In this document: positions 1 to 8,436 of the stretch, in pieces
Numbering within the stretch: position 1 is the first letter of the stretch
How the letters are laid out: every line of letters begins with the position of its first letter
DNA from: a virus
Virus record (IMG/VR): IMGVR_UViG_3300036668_000172
Span: 1-64,000 of that record
Reading direction: 5' to 3' (one strand)
Length of the DNA stretch: 64,000 nt
The notes under the pieces: generated by a model
Database searches by the model: none
Told to the model about the DNA's origin: nothing
Seen by the model: the letters and a program-made list of their open reading frames with translations, nothing else
Position numbers and translations under genes: made by a program

Positions 1-680
1 TCAGCACTGGACAATGTCTGAAGAGCACCTTCAAACTCGCTTGCAGTTGGGTCTGTTCCGTCTGAACCACCAATAAGAGGAATTACCGCTATGGACGGAG
101 TTCCAGTAATATCAAGAACAGACCAACTTATGAACTCAGATTGCAAGTTAACTACGGTTTCAATAAAATCGCTTGAGTCGCGGTTGTTGAAAACCAAATT
201 AGTATACCGCTCTAGAATAAGGTCGTTTGCAACGTTTGACCCAGTTCCTGGAACAGTCTCCTTGTAAACAGTCAAGTCGTAGTAATTAGGCTGAGTACTA
301 GCAGTTAGTTGAACCCTAAGGTTGTTACCGTCTACACCGCGAGACTTGCTTCCTACCGAGGAGCTGTCTTCGACAATGTTGGTAGAAGGTATCGATACTG
401 AAGCAAAGCTGGCATCATCTGCCAGAACTCGCCTTACGTAAAGCTCATTTCCACCGTTCTGGAAGAAGTGACCTACACCAAAGGTGGCTGGGTAAGCGTT
501 GTTGTACCCGCCAAATCTCTTAGTAAATTCATACCAAGAGGTGACGAGAGTTACGTTTTCAGTTCCTTGTGGGAAAACACCAAGAACTGCACCTGCAGCC
601 TCCGCAGTGCCTGACGAGGCAATTGGGGCGGGCAGTAGGCGCTCAGTTATGTAAACGCCTGGACGACCGTATGCGGTCAT
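1..680 (-). CDS. Contractile tail sheath protein (N-terminal part, runs off the window)
   Basis: Hand translation MTAYGRPGVYITERLL...VTSWYEFTKRFGG...VGHFFQNGGNELYVRRV shows the classic sheath motifs PGVY and FFxNGG..YVxRV; RBS AAGGAG upstream. Not in the ORF track because it is truncated. Confidence 0.9.
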   Translation of the reverse strand, partial: MTAYGRPGVYITERLLPAPIASSGTAEAAGAVLGVFPQGTENVTLVTSWYEFTKRFGGYNNAYPATFGVGHFFQNGGNELYVRRVLADDASFASVSIPSTNIVEDSSSVGSKSRGVDGNNLRVQLTASTQPNYYDLTVYKETVPGTGSNVANDLILERYTNLVFNNRDSSDFIETVVNLQSEFISWSVLDITGTPSIAVIPLIGGSDGTDPTASEFEGALQTLSSA

Positions 681-706
681 ATTATCTCCTTAATAGATAG
701 TTTAAT

Positions 707-1378
707 TCAGGGGGTAACGTATGGTTCCGTAATAGTTTGCGAGCCAAGCGACGAATAGTAGGGGGAAGTAGCACGACCACCAGCTCTTTCAGCTGTTGGA
801 GGGTCAAGATGAACACTTGTAACTTTGTAAAGCTGAGTGAACTCATCTACAGTAACTTCACTAGACACGCGAACAGTTACTGCGTTCATAAACAAACGCT
901 TTCCTTGTTCTATCATGTCCCGCTTAGTCAGGTCCAGCACGTCTAACCGACGGACTGTGTTGTCGTCCACTTCAAGGACGCCAAATCTCATTGGTAACTT
1001 TGTAGCCATAAGCTGTGCCATAATCTGGCGGTCATGGCGTGGGTGTCGAGCATACGAAGTTATCTGGTAGTCAATGTTGACTGGGATAGGAAGGTCTGCC
1101 TCTAAGGCGGTGTTATTGGGCGTATCTTGCCCCTCAAATAGGTAAGGATAGCGCTCAGAGCTAGTTTTACCGCGCATTTCTCTAGAGGTGTCTCTTATGA
1201 CATCAACCATGTCAATGGTTACGTAAGGATAGGACTGGCTTCTAATTTCTTGGTCAGGCATGCCAAACCAAACTCCGACGTCTCTGGGGACATCTTCGCC
1301 ACTTGCTTTCTGGTCACTAACTTGCATCCCAATAAGCTTTTCTCTTAGAGCCTTATCTTCACTTAGTAAGAAAGTCAA
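707..1378 (-). CDS. Tail completion/terminator-like protein
   Basis: Directly upstream of the sheath; YPYVTIDM and PVNIDYQITSYAR resemble sheath-stabiliser/Pvc16-like proteins. Confidence 0.55.
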   Translation of the reverse strand: MTFLLSEDKALREKLIGMQVSDQKASGEDVPRDVGVWFGMPDQEIRSQSYPYVTIDMVDVIRDTSREMRGKTSSERYPYLFEGQDTPNNTALEADLPIPVNIDYQITSYARHPRHDRQIMAQLMATKLPMRFGVLEVDDNTVRRLDVLDLTKRDMIEQGKRLFMNAVTVRVSSEVTVDEFTQLYKVTSVHLDPPTAERAGGRATSPYYSSLGSQTITEPYVTP

Positions 1379-1686
1379 ATTAAGTCTCCTAGCTTCTCTT
1401 CTATACGGTCCATGTAGGTAGACATCAAAGACGCCTCAGAGTTTAAGAACTTACGAATAGAGGCACTAGGCCTAATTGATTCAGAGCCAAACTCTAAAAG
1501 CTGTGCTTCAGCTACGTTAGGACCCTCGTATTTGACCGTGAATGACGAGCCATTGCGCACTATTTGGACGCTATTAGCAGCATCTGCTGGCCAACCTGAG
1601 CTTATTAAATAGCTTCTAAGGTTTTCTGTAATAACAAAGGCAGCCTCTTCGCCAGCCTTAGTGAGTTCATCAAAAAAGTTTGCCAT
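1375..1686 (-). CDS. Putative neck/tail-completion protein (HK97 gp10-like)
   Basis: AQLLEFGSESIRPSASIR resembles the A.Y.EFGT..M.P.P motif; position in the neck module. Confidence 0.45.
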   Translation of the reverse strand: MANFFDELTKAGEEAAFVITENLRSYLISSGWPADAANSVQIVRNGSSFTVKYEGPNVAEAQLLEFGSESIRPSASIRKFLNSEASLMSTYMDRIEEKLGDLI

Positions 1687-1885
1687 TAGGCCTGCCCTTA
1701 TAAGATTCTGGCTGGACGAACTCTCGATTACGGTAACCCGCGGCTAAGCCCATGATGTAAGACTGAGGCTGTTTTGGACGATACGTAGTACTTGCTTGGT
1801 AAACTCCACGAAGGAAGTTTTCCTGGTCAGCATCGTTAAAATCAGCAACTCGTTCCCACCAAGGCTTTTCTTGAGAAGTACGCAT
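1670..1885 (-). CDS. Hypothetical protein
   Basis: ORF with RBS AAAAGGA, overlapping the next gene. Confidence 0.6.
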   Translation of the reverse strand: MRTSQEKPWWERVADFNDADQENFLRGVYQASTTYRPKQPQSYIMGLAAGYRNREFVQPESYKGRPNGKLF

Positions 1886-1910
1886 AGCAGAATCCTTTTC
1901 AGGCGCAGGT

Positions 1911-1962
1911 CTAGCCGTAAGGCTAGGTAAGCACCCGCACGGATGCTCACCCTACAAGGATA
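1911..1962 (-). promoter_or_regulatory. Promoter (-10 TATCCT at 1957-1962) followed by a two-hairpin 5' leader
   Basis: Stems GTGAGCATCC/GGGTGCTTAC (G-U pairs on the minus strand) and CTAGCC/GGCTAG begin 6 nt after the -10 box. Confidence 0.55.
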
Positions 1963-1986
1963 GGGAAAAACGCCTAATAAATAAGG

Positions 1987-2349
1987 CTAAATGTATCTAG
2001 TAAGGCTGTCATTATTTTGCCTACTCTTTAAAGAGTGGCAGTTGACACAAAGGGTCCTTAAATTAGAAATTTCATCATTATGGTGGTCTCCATCTATGTG
2101 GTCCACAGTTAGCTGGCAGTCATCTTCAATGGTAGCGGTGCACCGCATGTTTTCGCAGTAATCCTTTTTGTGAATTATGTATGGGCGCTCAGCTAGCGTC
2201 TTACCGACTTTAAACTGTCTATAGCAGCGGTAATGCTGCTTTTGATTAGGTTTTTGTTTGTAGGAAGTCTTTACACGAACATTATTGCCACAGACAGCGC
2301 AGTCTGCGAGCAGCTCATCTTCATTGATATTAGAAAGCGAATGTTTCAT
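1987..2349 (-). CDS. HNH endonuclease with Zn-binding Cys pairs (leaderless)
   Basis: LTVDHIDGDHHNDEISNLRTLCVNCH; -10 TAAACT 7 nt before the ATG. Confidence 0.85.
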   Translation of the reverse strand: MKHSLSNINEDELLADCAVCGNNVRVKTSYKQKPNQKQHYRCYRQFKVGKTLAERPYIIHKKDYCENMRCTATIEDDCQLTVDHIDGDHHNDEISNLRTLCVNCHSLKSRQNNDSLTRYI

Positions 2350-2365
2350 ACCACTTAGTTTAGTG

Positions 2366-2419
2366 TTATAAAGCTGTTTTTTTGCCGCATCTACAGTTGT
2401 TGCACTTGCACTCTGGCAT
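2366..2419 (-). CDS. 17-aa Cys-rich peptide (MPECKCNNCRCGKKTAL)
   Basis: Coupled by a TAATG overlap to the upstream gene; below the track cutoff. Confidence 0.45.
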   Translation of the reverse strand: MPECKCNNCRCGKKTAL

Positions 2420-2556
2420 TACTTTGTGCTCCTTGCTTTTCCTCTAGAGTTTTTCATGCGGTCAGAAAGCTTCTGATTTCGCTTCATCTGCTCTTCTTTT
2501 TTATAAGAAGGCTTCTTGGGGTCTAGTCCCTCAACCTTGCGTGCTGGTCTTGCCAT
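2419..2556 (-). CDS. Small basic protein (45 aa)
   Basis: MARPARKVEGLDPKKPSYKK...; TAATG-coupled on both sides. Confidence 0.6.
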   Translation of the reverse strand: MARPARKVEGLDPKKPSYKKEEQMKRNQKLSDRMKNSRGKARSTK

Positions 2557-2855
2557 TACTTCTTACCTGCTCTTCTTTTGTTTTCCTTAGCGGTGTTGGC
2601 CCCATGTGCCAAAGGTCTTAAGTTACTTTTGCGGTCATCTGAGTGGTTATTGTTCTTGTGGTCTACGTCTACGTTTTTAGCCAGCTTGCGGCCAGCCTTA
2701 GTCTCATAGTCGTCACGAGCCTTATTCTTAGAAGTAGTCTCCCACCCGTCCTTAGTCTTAGTCTTAGTGACGTAGATTGGGCGGCCACCATTTTGTTTAG
2801 AGCCCTTGTACGGCCCAAACTTCTTCTTAGTACCTACTGGAATCTTTTCAGCCAT
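2556..2855 (-). CDS. Basic HNH-like protein
   Basis: DVDHKNNNHSDDRKSNLR motif. Confidence 0.65.
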   Translation of the reverse strand: MAEKIPVGTKKKFGPYKGSKQNGGRPIYVTKTKTKDGWETTSKNKARDDYETKAGRKLAKNVDVDHKNNNHSDDRKSNLRPLAHGANTAKENKRRAGKK

Positions 2856-3100
2856 TACTTAGCCTTCCTGTGTCCCGCTGTCTTTTTAGCAATCTTCTTA
2901 GGCTGAGCTACGAATTGCTCACCTTTTTTATTTCCCGCAGCTTTAGCTCTATTGGTAGACTTCTTTTCCGCAGAGCTAAGGCTTTCCCAAGCTTTTTCAG
3001 GAAGATAGCGCTTTTTACCCTTAGAGGGTTTGCCATCCGAGGTTTTCCATTTTTCATCGCCCCAGTTCTTAAGGGACTTTTGAGACTTAGCTAAGGCCAT
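2855..3100 (-). CDS. Basic protein, DUF5872-like C-terminal half
   Basis: QKSLKNW..EKWKTSDGK..RYLPEKAWESLS. Confidence 0.6.
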   Translation of the reverse strand: MALAKSQKSLKNWGDEKWKTSDGKPSKGKKRYLPEKAWESLSSAEKKSTNRAKAAGNKKGEQFVAQPKKIAKKTAGHRKAK

Positions 3101-3297
3101 TAGTTCTTGTAACCCCCGCCAGCTTTCTTGTACTCAGAAGCTAAAAGCTGTGCCTTACGAGCCGACCATTCGCCTGGGTCTCCACCCTTACTGCCAGCTT
3201 TAATGCGATTAAAGATAGTCTTCCTAAGCCCAGGCTTAGTGTAGTTACCTGCTTCGTTTACTTTTGACTTAGCCTTAGGCTTAGCTTTTTCAGCCAT
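3100..3297 (-). CDS. Basic protein, DUF5872-like N-terminal half
   Basis: NYTKPGLR..IKAGSKGGDPGEWSARKAQLLASEYKKAGGGY. Confidence 0.6.
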   Translation of the reverse strand: MAEKAKPKAKSKVNEAGNYTKPGLRKTIFNRIKAGSKGGDPGEWSARKAQLLASEYKKAGGGYKN

Positions 3298-3608
3298 TAT
3301 TTCTTCTTCTTTGCGTCAAGTCGCTTGGACATAGCAGCTGCTTTTTTCTTAGCGTCAGCTTTAGAGGAGGCCCCCCATGCCTGAAGAGACAGCAGTAGGC
3401 GAGTAGGGTCGCCGTTTGGCTTCTTCTCAGGGCCAGGATTACCGCCCATGCGAGCTAAAAACGAAGCACGACGAGGGTTGTCACCAGATTTAACAGGGGC
3501 TTTTAGATTAGAACCAGGATTAGCTTTTTCATAAGACTTGCGGCCTTTTTCATTTAGACCACCCGACTTAGCTTTACCTTCTTTACGTTGCCATGCTTCG
3601 CTGGCCAT
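3297..3608 (-). CDS. Basic phage protein, DUF6321-like
   Basis: AWQRKEGK..GGLNEKGRKSY..NPRRASFLARM. Confidence 0.6.
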   Translation of the reverse strand: MASEAWQRKEGKAKSGGLNEKGRKSYEKANPGSNLKAPVKSGDNPRRASFLARMGGNPGPEKKPNGDPTRLLLSLQAWGASSKADAKKKAAAMSKRLDAKKKK

Positions 3609-3772
3609 TACTTCTTCTTTGCCTTCATGGTGCCACTCTTTTTCATCTGAGCACCTTTTATGACGTCACCGCGAGTAATCTTGCCTTTGTCACCAGACAT
3701 AGCCGCGAGCTTCTTCTCTTTCGGAGACATAGCCTTGCCATCAGAGGAGGCCATCTTCTTACCATGTACCAT
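3608..3772 (-). CDS. Small Lys-rich protein (54 aa)
   Basis: MVHGKKMASSDGKAMSPKEKKLAAMSGDKGKITRGDVIKG...; TAATG-coupled to the downstream gene. Confidence 0.55.
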   Translation of the reverse strand: MVHGKKMASSDGKAMSPKEKKLAAMSGDKGKITRGDVIKGAQMKKSGTMKAKKK

Positions 3773-3808
3773 TTGATTCTTCTTTCTTTTTAGGAAACTA
3801 GAGGATTA

Positions 3809-4021
3809 CTAGCTTTTCTTTTTAGATGTAGTGCTGGAATAACGAATCTTTCCAGAAGGCTTACGGACAATGCCGCCCTTCTTGGACTTAACTTTGGCTC
3901 CACCAGACTGGTATTTAGAGCCAGTTAGTGAAGTCTCTACGCCTGAGCTACGGGTAGTAATGTCTGCTTTACCAGCTCTGGCCCCAACTCTTTTTGTTGT
4001 TACTTTTCTACGTTCTGCCAT
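3809..4021 (-). CDS. Small basic protein
   Basis: K/R-rich ORF with RBS AGGAG. Confidence 0.6.
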   Translation of the reverse strand: MAERRKVTTKRVGARAGKADITTRSSGVETSLTGSKYQSGGAKVKSKKGGIVRKPSGKIRYSSTTSKKKS

Positions 4022-4029
4022 GACGGCTC

Positions 4030-4602
4030 CTAAGTGGTAGTTGTTCTAGAAAGTGGTGGTTTTACTGTTGCCGCGTACCTAGTAAACTGTGGGTCGTTTA
4101 CTAGCTCTTCAGAGTTAACTTCGTTACACTCAACAGTGACTACGGCCCAACGAGTGCCAAATGCACCCCTGGGGTTTACTCTTGTAGGGGTAAATATTTG
4201 ACCACGGTATTCTATGCGGTCTTTAATATAGTTATTTGGCTCGTTTCCCACCAACTCGGGTATCAGCCGCAGAGCGTCGCCAGAATTAATTACAAGACGC
4301 ATAGTATCTGAGGTATAGAAACCACGGTCATTTACTACGCTGCCACCACGAGTAATGCTTGCCATAATGGCAGGCATCTTAAATGGAAGCATCCAGCGCT
4401 TGCCTTCACCAGGAATAGAGCTGGAAACATCATAGGTGTTGTCTACGATTCCATCAAAGTTGTCTTCTAAGAAGTACTCTTGCCACCTGAACCAGTTGAC
4501 ATTAACACCAACCATCCCGCCAATGTCTTCAGCTATGCCTTCGTACATTGACAAAGACTCGTAGTCTATGTCAAACCTGCCTTCGTGCTTATTACTTCTC
4601 AT
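4030..4602 (-). CDS. Putative head-closure/neck protein
   Basis: KDRIEYRGQIF beta-barrel pattern typical of head-tail joining proteins. Confidence 0.45.
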   Translation of the reverse strand: MRSNKHEGRFDIDYESLSMYEGIAEDIGGMVGVNVNWFRWQEYFLEDNFDGIVDNTYDVSSSIPGEGKRWMLPFKMPAIMASITRGGSVVNDRGFYTSDTMRLVINSGDALRLIPELVGNEPNNYIKDRIEYRGQIFTPTRVNPRGAFGTRWAVVTVECNEVNSEELVNDPQFTRYAATVKPPLSRTTTT

Positions 4603-4613
4603 TACATCCTTAT

Positions 4614-4931
4614 TTAGACTGGAGGATTATCTGATGGGAATCCGTGCTGATGAATCTGATTGTGCTGGAACTGCCTTAAATTAACCGCAGCAGAATAGAA
4701 GTTATTAAACCTATTCATCCAGTCATTGCCAGGGACATCCTCAGTCACACTCTGGACTATGAACTCATACTGCTCAGCAAGAATCTTTTTAATAAAGTCA
4801 AACGCCTTATTGAAGAACTCAGGGTCCTCATCAATGTAGTCCTGGAGAGGACCATACTCAAAAAAGAAGACTATCTCGTCTTCTGCAACCACAGCTGGGC
4901 CGTTGCTTGTACTCATAAATTTGTATTCCAT
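4614..4931 (-). CDS. Hypothetical protein
   Basis: Co-oriented ORF that fills the gap. Confidence 0.6.
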   Translation of the reverse strand: MEYKFMSTSNGPAVVAEDEIVFFFEYGPLQDYIDEDPEFFNKAFDFIKKILAEQYEFIVQSVTEDVPGNDWMNRFNNFYSAAVNLRQFQHNQIHQHGFPSDNPPV

Positions 4932-4934
4932 GTA

Positions 4935-5108
4935 TTACCACTTTCCTATGGGGCAAGTTGCCTCGTGTACTTTTGTTTTAATACTCATAATGCACATGCA
5001 CTCTTTGCATTGACGAGTTGGTTTAAAGAACTTTTCACATCCTTTACAGATGTCATACCGTTCTTTAGGGTCTGTAATTATGTTTACAGAGACTTTATTA
5101 TCTTCCAT
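4935..5108 (-). CDS. Small Cys-rich protein, DUF6171-like (57 aa)
   Basis: ERYDICKGC...RQCKECMCIM..KTK...TCPIGKW; below the track cutoff. Confidence 0.7.
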   Translation of the reverse strand: MEDNKVSVNIITDPKERYDICKGCEKFFKPTRQCKECMCIMSIKTKVHEATCPIGKW

Positions 5109-6499
5109 TATTCCGCCCTAAAGTTGTCTACCGTGCTGCCTTGACGTTGAACTTGATTGCCGTTCTTAGCAATTCCTACACCCCTAGTCCTTATAGAAGA
5201 ACCAGAGTTATGGACTACTGAAGCTATTCTACTTCCACCTAAACCAGCAGCACTGTATAAAGCGACAGTAATGTTAGCTCCTGAAGTAGAGACCTCCATG
5301 CTCCGAGGGTCTGAAGAAACGTCTTGAGTAAAAACCTGAGTGATAGTGCCACTTAGATTTCTAAAGATACGTATAACAGAAGGGTAAGAAGTAGTAGCGG
5401 GATTAAATGTCGCATTCTGTGACTCTGTAGTGCTGCACTTGTTGCCATCCCTGTTTCCGCCGCTAGCACACACAAGCCCTGGAGCAGGACAGCTGCACGA
5501 GCTGCCAGAAGGAGGGCAGCTTGCAGGACATACATAGTTAGTGCCTGTTTGAGTCTGCTGTGCGGGAATAGGCGAAGTAGTATAGCATCGGCCACCAGAC
5601 GGGGTCCCAGTTGAACAGGTAGTAGTAGTAGTAGTAGTTGGAGTCGCAAAAAAGATGAAATCAGGGGGGCAATAAGTAGTAGTTCTAGTACACTCGTACA
5701 CGACAGGGTAGGCCCCGCTGCCGCTGAAAACGGGCCGACTAGAACCACCAGGGCAGCTTGGACTAGAGTTGTATGTCGTACTAGTACTAGTAGTACATGG
5801 TCGAGACGTTCTGCACCTGTTAGTAGAGCTGGGCCCCGAGCTACCAGAAGGACAGGAGTAGGAAGTAAAAGAACGAGTAGTTGCGGAGCCAACATCAGTG
5901 GTTATTATACAGTTAGTCCCACTCAGCTGGCCGCTAGAGCAACTGTACGAGTACACGGGAACTGGTGTAGGCGAGACACTATAAGGTCCTTGATACACTG
6001 CGTCTGGGTAGTTGGTTGTTCTAGTACAAATTGTGCCATTGAGAGTAAATCCTGAAGGACAAGAATAAAAACTAGGGTTGTCCTGCTGCCTAGAACCTGG
6101 GATAGCAGCGTGCCAGTTGTTGTTGTCTTGTACCCAGAAAGAAACACCAAGACCAGTGTTGCTAGGAGTATCTATAGTTACTTTATAGTCTGTACTAGCT
6201 TTATAGAGCTGTGTAAAGGCGATACCAGGACCTGCAGAGCCATCGTAAAAAGCTTGATTGTTTTGTATAGCCCAGTTACCTGAGAGTTCATTCCACTGGG
6301 AGAAGGTATTGCTGGCAGTACCTAGGTTAGCGTCATTGGCTCTATTGAAGTTGTCTACGATTTCAGCAGAGTGCCAAATCTTCCATACACCATCTACTTT
6401 TGTATATCCGAGCGCGACTGGCTGCCAGTTACCGTTTACTTTTACGTAAGGGGCAACTACTGGTCGCTGAGAACCATCAACTTTTAAATAACCTGGCAC
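5108..6499 (-). CDS. Cys/Thr-rich virion fibre or receptor-binding protein
   Basis: N-terminal YxKVDGxW motif, repeated YSCPSG..L.GT.C modules, and lectin-like flanks ending in DNF. Confidence 0.6.
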   Translation of the reverse strand: MPGYLKVDGSQRPVVAPYVKVNGNWQPVALGYTKVDGVWKIWHSAEIVDNFNRANDANLGTASNTFSQWNELSGNWAIQNNQAFYDGSAGPGIAFTQLYKASTDYKVTIDTPSNTGLGVSFWVQDNNNWHAAIPGSRQQDNPSFYSCPSGFTLNGTICTRTTNYPDAVYQGPYSVSPTPVPVYSYSCSSGQLSGTNCIITTDVGSATTRSFTSYSCPSGSSGPSSTNRCRTSRPCTTSTSTTYNSSPSCPGGSSRPVFSGSGAYPVVYECTRTTTYCPPDFIFFATPTTTTTTTCSTGTPSGGRCYTTSPIPAQQTQTGTNYVCPASCPPSGSSCSCPAPGLVCASGGNRDGNKCSTTESQNATFNPATTSYPSVIRIFRNLSGTITQVFTQDVSSDPRSMEVSTSGANITVALYSAAGLGGSRIASVVHNSGSSIRTRGVGIAKNGNQVQRQGSTVDNFRAE

Positions 6500-6521
6500 A
6501 CCGACTCCAAAGCTTGTGTAT

Positions 6522-7574
6522 CTAGTTTCCCTTAATTAGTCGCAAATTTCCTTGTAAACGCTCGTTATCTGGCTCTAAGGCGAGCGCTTTAAGCGTGTAC
6601 TCAGTAGCAAGGTCTGGGTTTCCTAAGTTCCATGCAGCGATAGCACCGATGTCATAAGGGTGAGCCCCCCAAGCAAACTCTTCACATAAGTAATCAAGAG
6701 GTTTCTCTGTGAGGTTGTCCAACACAAACACTACTTGCTCTAGTGTGGCTTCCCAGTACTTGTTCTGGTAATACAAGAAGGCAAGCTCTAGACGTGCTTC
6801 TCTTCGCAGAGGGTCTTCAAGGATAGCTTTCTGCCACCACTCTAACTTCTCGTTAAATGTATTGCTGCACTTGGCCAAGTAGCGCATAGAGGCTGCTCGT
6901 TCTGGCTTCCATCGGGCAGTAGGCAGCGCTAGGTGCCGCTTAAACTCTTCGGAAGCTTCCGCTAGTTTGTTATTAAAGAACAGTTCACGAGCATAGTAAA
7001 AAGCATTGCGGTCATCATGGGGGTCTTCTTTAACAGACTGAGCCAACAAAGGGAAGTACTGAGACCTAGGCTTTGAGTTATCTGGGTGGTGGTGTATCTC
7101 TAACTTAATCCACTCCTGAACCTCAGCTAAGCGGTCACTAACGATTACTTCGTGTACTGGGTGCTTCCACCTGTAACCCTGGCGTCTGTGAATCTTATCG
7201 CCACCGTATACTAGCCCTGGCTTTTCTCCTACCCATGACCAGGTGTACTGGTATCTAGGGCGAGTAGTTTCAGGCCTAATACTCTCTAGCTCTTTGCGCC
7301 ATCCTGGAACTAAAACTTCGTCCATGTCTAAAGCAACACAGATGTCTACATCTAGAGGGATAGCCGCGAGAGAAGCATTGCGTGCATCATCAAATCGCCA
7401 AGGCTTAATACCTATTGATACCACATTGATACCAAGTGCTTTAGCTTTTTCTATAGTCCCATCTTGGGACCCAGTATCCGCAATCAGTAAGTAGTCTGCT
7501 TCTTTAGCAGACTCAAACCATGGCTCTACAAACTGTTCTTCATTTAGTGCGACTGTGTATACTGCTATCTTCAT
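6522..7574 (-). CDS. GT2 glycosyltransferase with TPR repeats
   Basis: IAVYTVALNEE, DTGSQDGT, RFDDARN, LDMDE (DxD), VHE; helical C-terminus. Confidence 0.9.
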   Translation of the reverse strand: MKIAVYTVALNEEQFVEPWFESAKEADYLLIADTGSQDGTIEKAKALGINVVSIGIKPWRFDDARNASLAAIPLDVDICVALDMDEVLVPGWRKELESIRPETTRPRYQYTWSWVGEKPGLVYGGDKIHRRQGYRWKHPVHEVIVSDRLAEVQEWIKLEIHHHPDNSKPRSQYFPLLAQSVKEDPHDDRNAFYYARELFFNNKLAEASEEFKRHLALPTARWKPERAASMRYLAKCSNTFNEKLEWWQKAILEDPLRREARLELAFLYYQNKYWEATLEQVVFVLDNLTEKPLDYLCEEFAWGAHPYDIGAIAAWNLGNPDLATEYTLKALALEPDNERLQGNLRLIKGN

Positions 7575-7602
7575 GTAATGCTCCGTTATGTTTTATAGCC
7601 TA

Positions 7603-7776
7603 TTATTTATTGCGCTCTTCATCAGTTAGAGGGACACCGCTGCGGGTGTGCTGCCCTGGGCATCCCTGTCTAAAGCATGTAGGGGCTCCTGAAGTTCCAT
7701 TTCGCTCTTTACGAATAGAGCCGCAGAACTTGCATTTGTCCCATTGCTCCTTAGGGAGCTCGCGATTAATTATCAA
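7603..7776 (-). CDS. Small Cys-containing protein (57 aa, TTG start)
   Basis: MIINRELPKEQWDKCKFCG...CFRQGCPG; overlaps the upstream stop codon. Confidence 0.45.
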   Translation of the reverse strand: MIINRELPKEQWDKCKFCGSIRKERNGTSGAPTCFRQGCPGQHTRSGVPLTDEERNK

Positions 7777-8408
7777 TTTAGTTCCTTAACCCAGAGATGA
7801 ATGTCTCCTACTTGACCTAGAGTAACGTTTCCTGCGGCAGATGAACGCCCAAAGATTCTGTAGGTAACTGTTGTTCCAGAAGCTAGGCCGTGAGTATCAA
7901 TGACGCTAAGAGTAAGAGCCTGAGAAGGGTCTACATAGTTCTCATATACATCGACAGAGGTAGAGCCGTCAAACCTAACAATCTTTACGTAGGAGTTATT
8001 GTTACCTGTATTAATGGCGTACCCATTAAACGCAATCTCACATGCAGAAGAAGTCGTAGTAACTATTTGTGCTTCTAACGCAACAGCTCCTGAAGTAGTG
8101 AATTGAAGGTAAGCGCTACCCACAACAGTGTGAGTAGTTCCTGACTCATAAACATCGTACTCAGGTATTCCGTTATCCCAAGCGGTGTCGTAGTCAGTAC
8201 CGCTGGCTTTTACGATAATTTGCCCAGCAGTTCCTCCAGTTGGGAACCCTGTTGGGCCAGTAGGTCCTAAAGGTCCTTCAGGTCCAGTCGGACCTAGGAC
8301 TAGTGCTGTTTCTACAGTGTTCCATACAGCCCCTGTCCATACCCAAGTTCGGCTACCTGAAGTAAACTCCTCATCTAATGCAGGAGAGTTAGGAAAATCT
8401 ATAGCCAT
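7773..8408 (-). CDS. Virion structural/fibre protein with a short collagen tract
   Basis: MAIDFPNSP..TWVWTGAVW, GPT repeats, PTGGTAGQIIVK. Confidence 0.7.
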   Translation of the reverse strand: MAIDFPNSPALDEEFTSGSRTWVWTGAVWNTVETALVLGPTGPEGPLGPTGPTGFPTGGTAGQIIVKASGTDYDTAWDNGIPEYDVYESGTTHTVVGSAYLQFTTSGAVALEAQIVTTTSSACEIAFNGYAINTGNNNSYVKIVRFDGSTSVDVYENYVDPSQALTLSVIDTHGLASGTTVTYRIFGRSSAAGNVTLGQVGDIHLWVKELN

Positions 8409-8436
8409 TTATGCCTCTGCTCTTGTTTGTGTTGGG

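Noticed and set aside
8050-8061. 12-nt identity (GAAGTCGTAGTA) to the loop region of the 35599-35680 element
   Set aside because: Same orientation as the transcript, so not an antisense target; plausible by chance.
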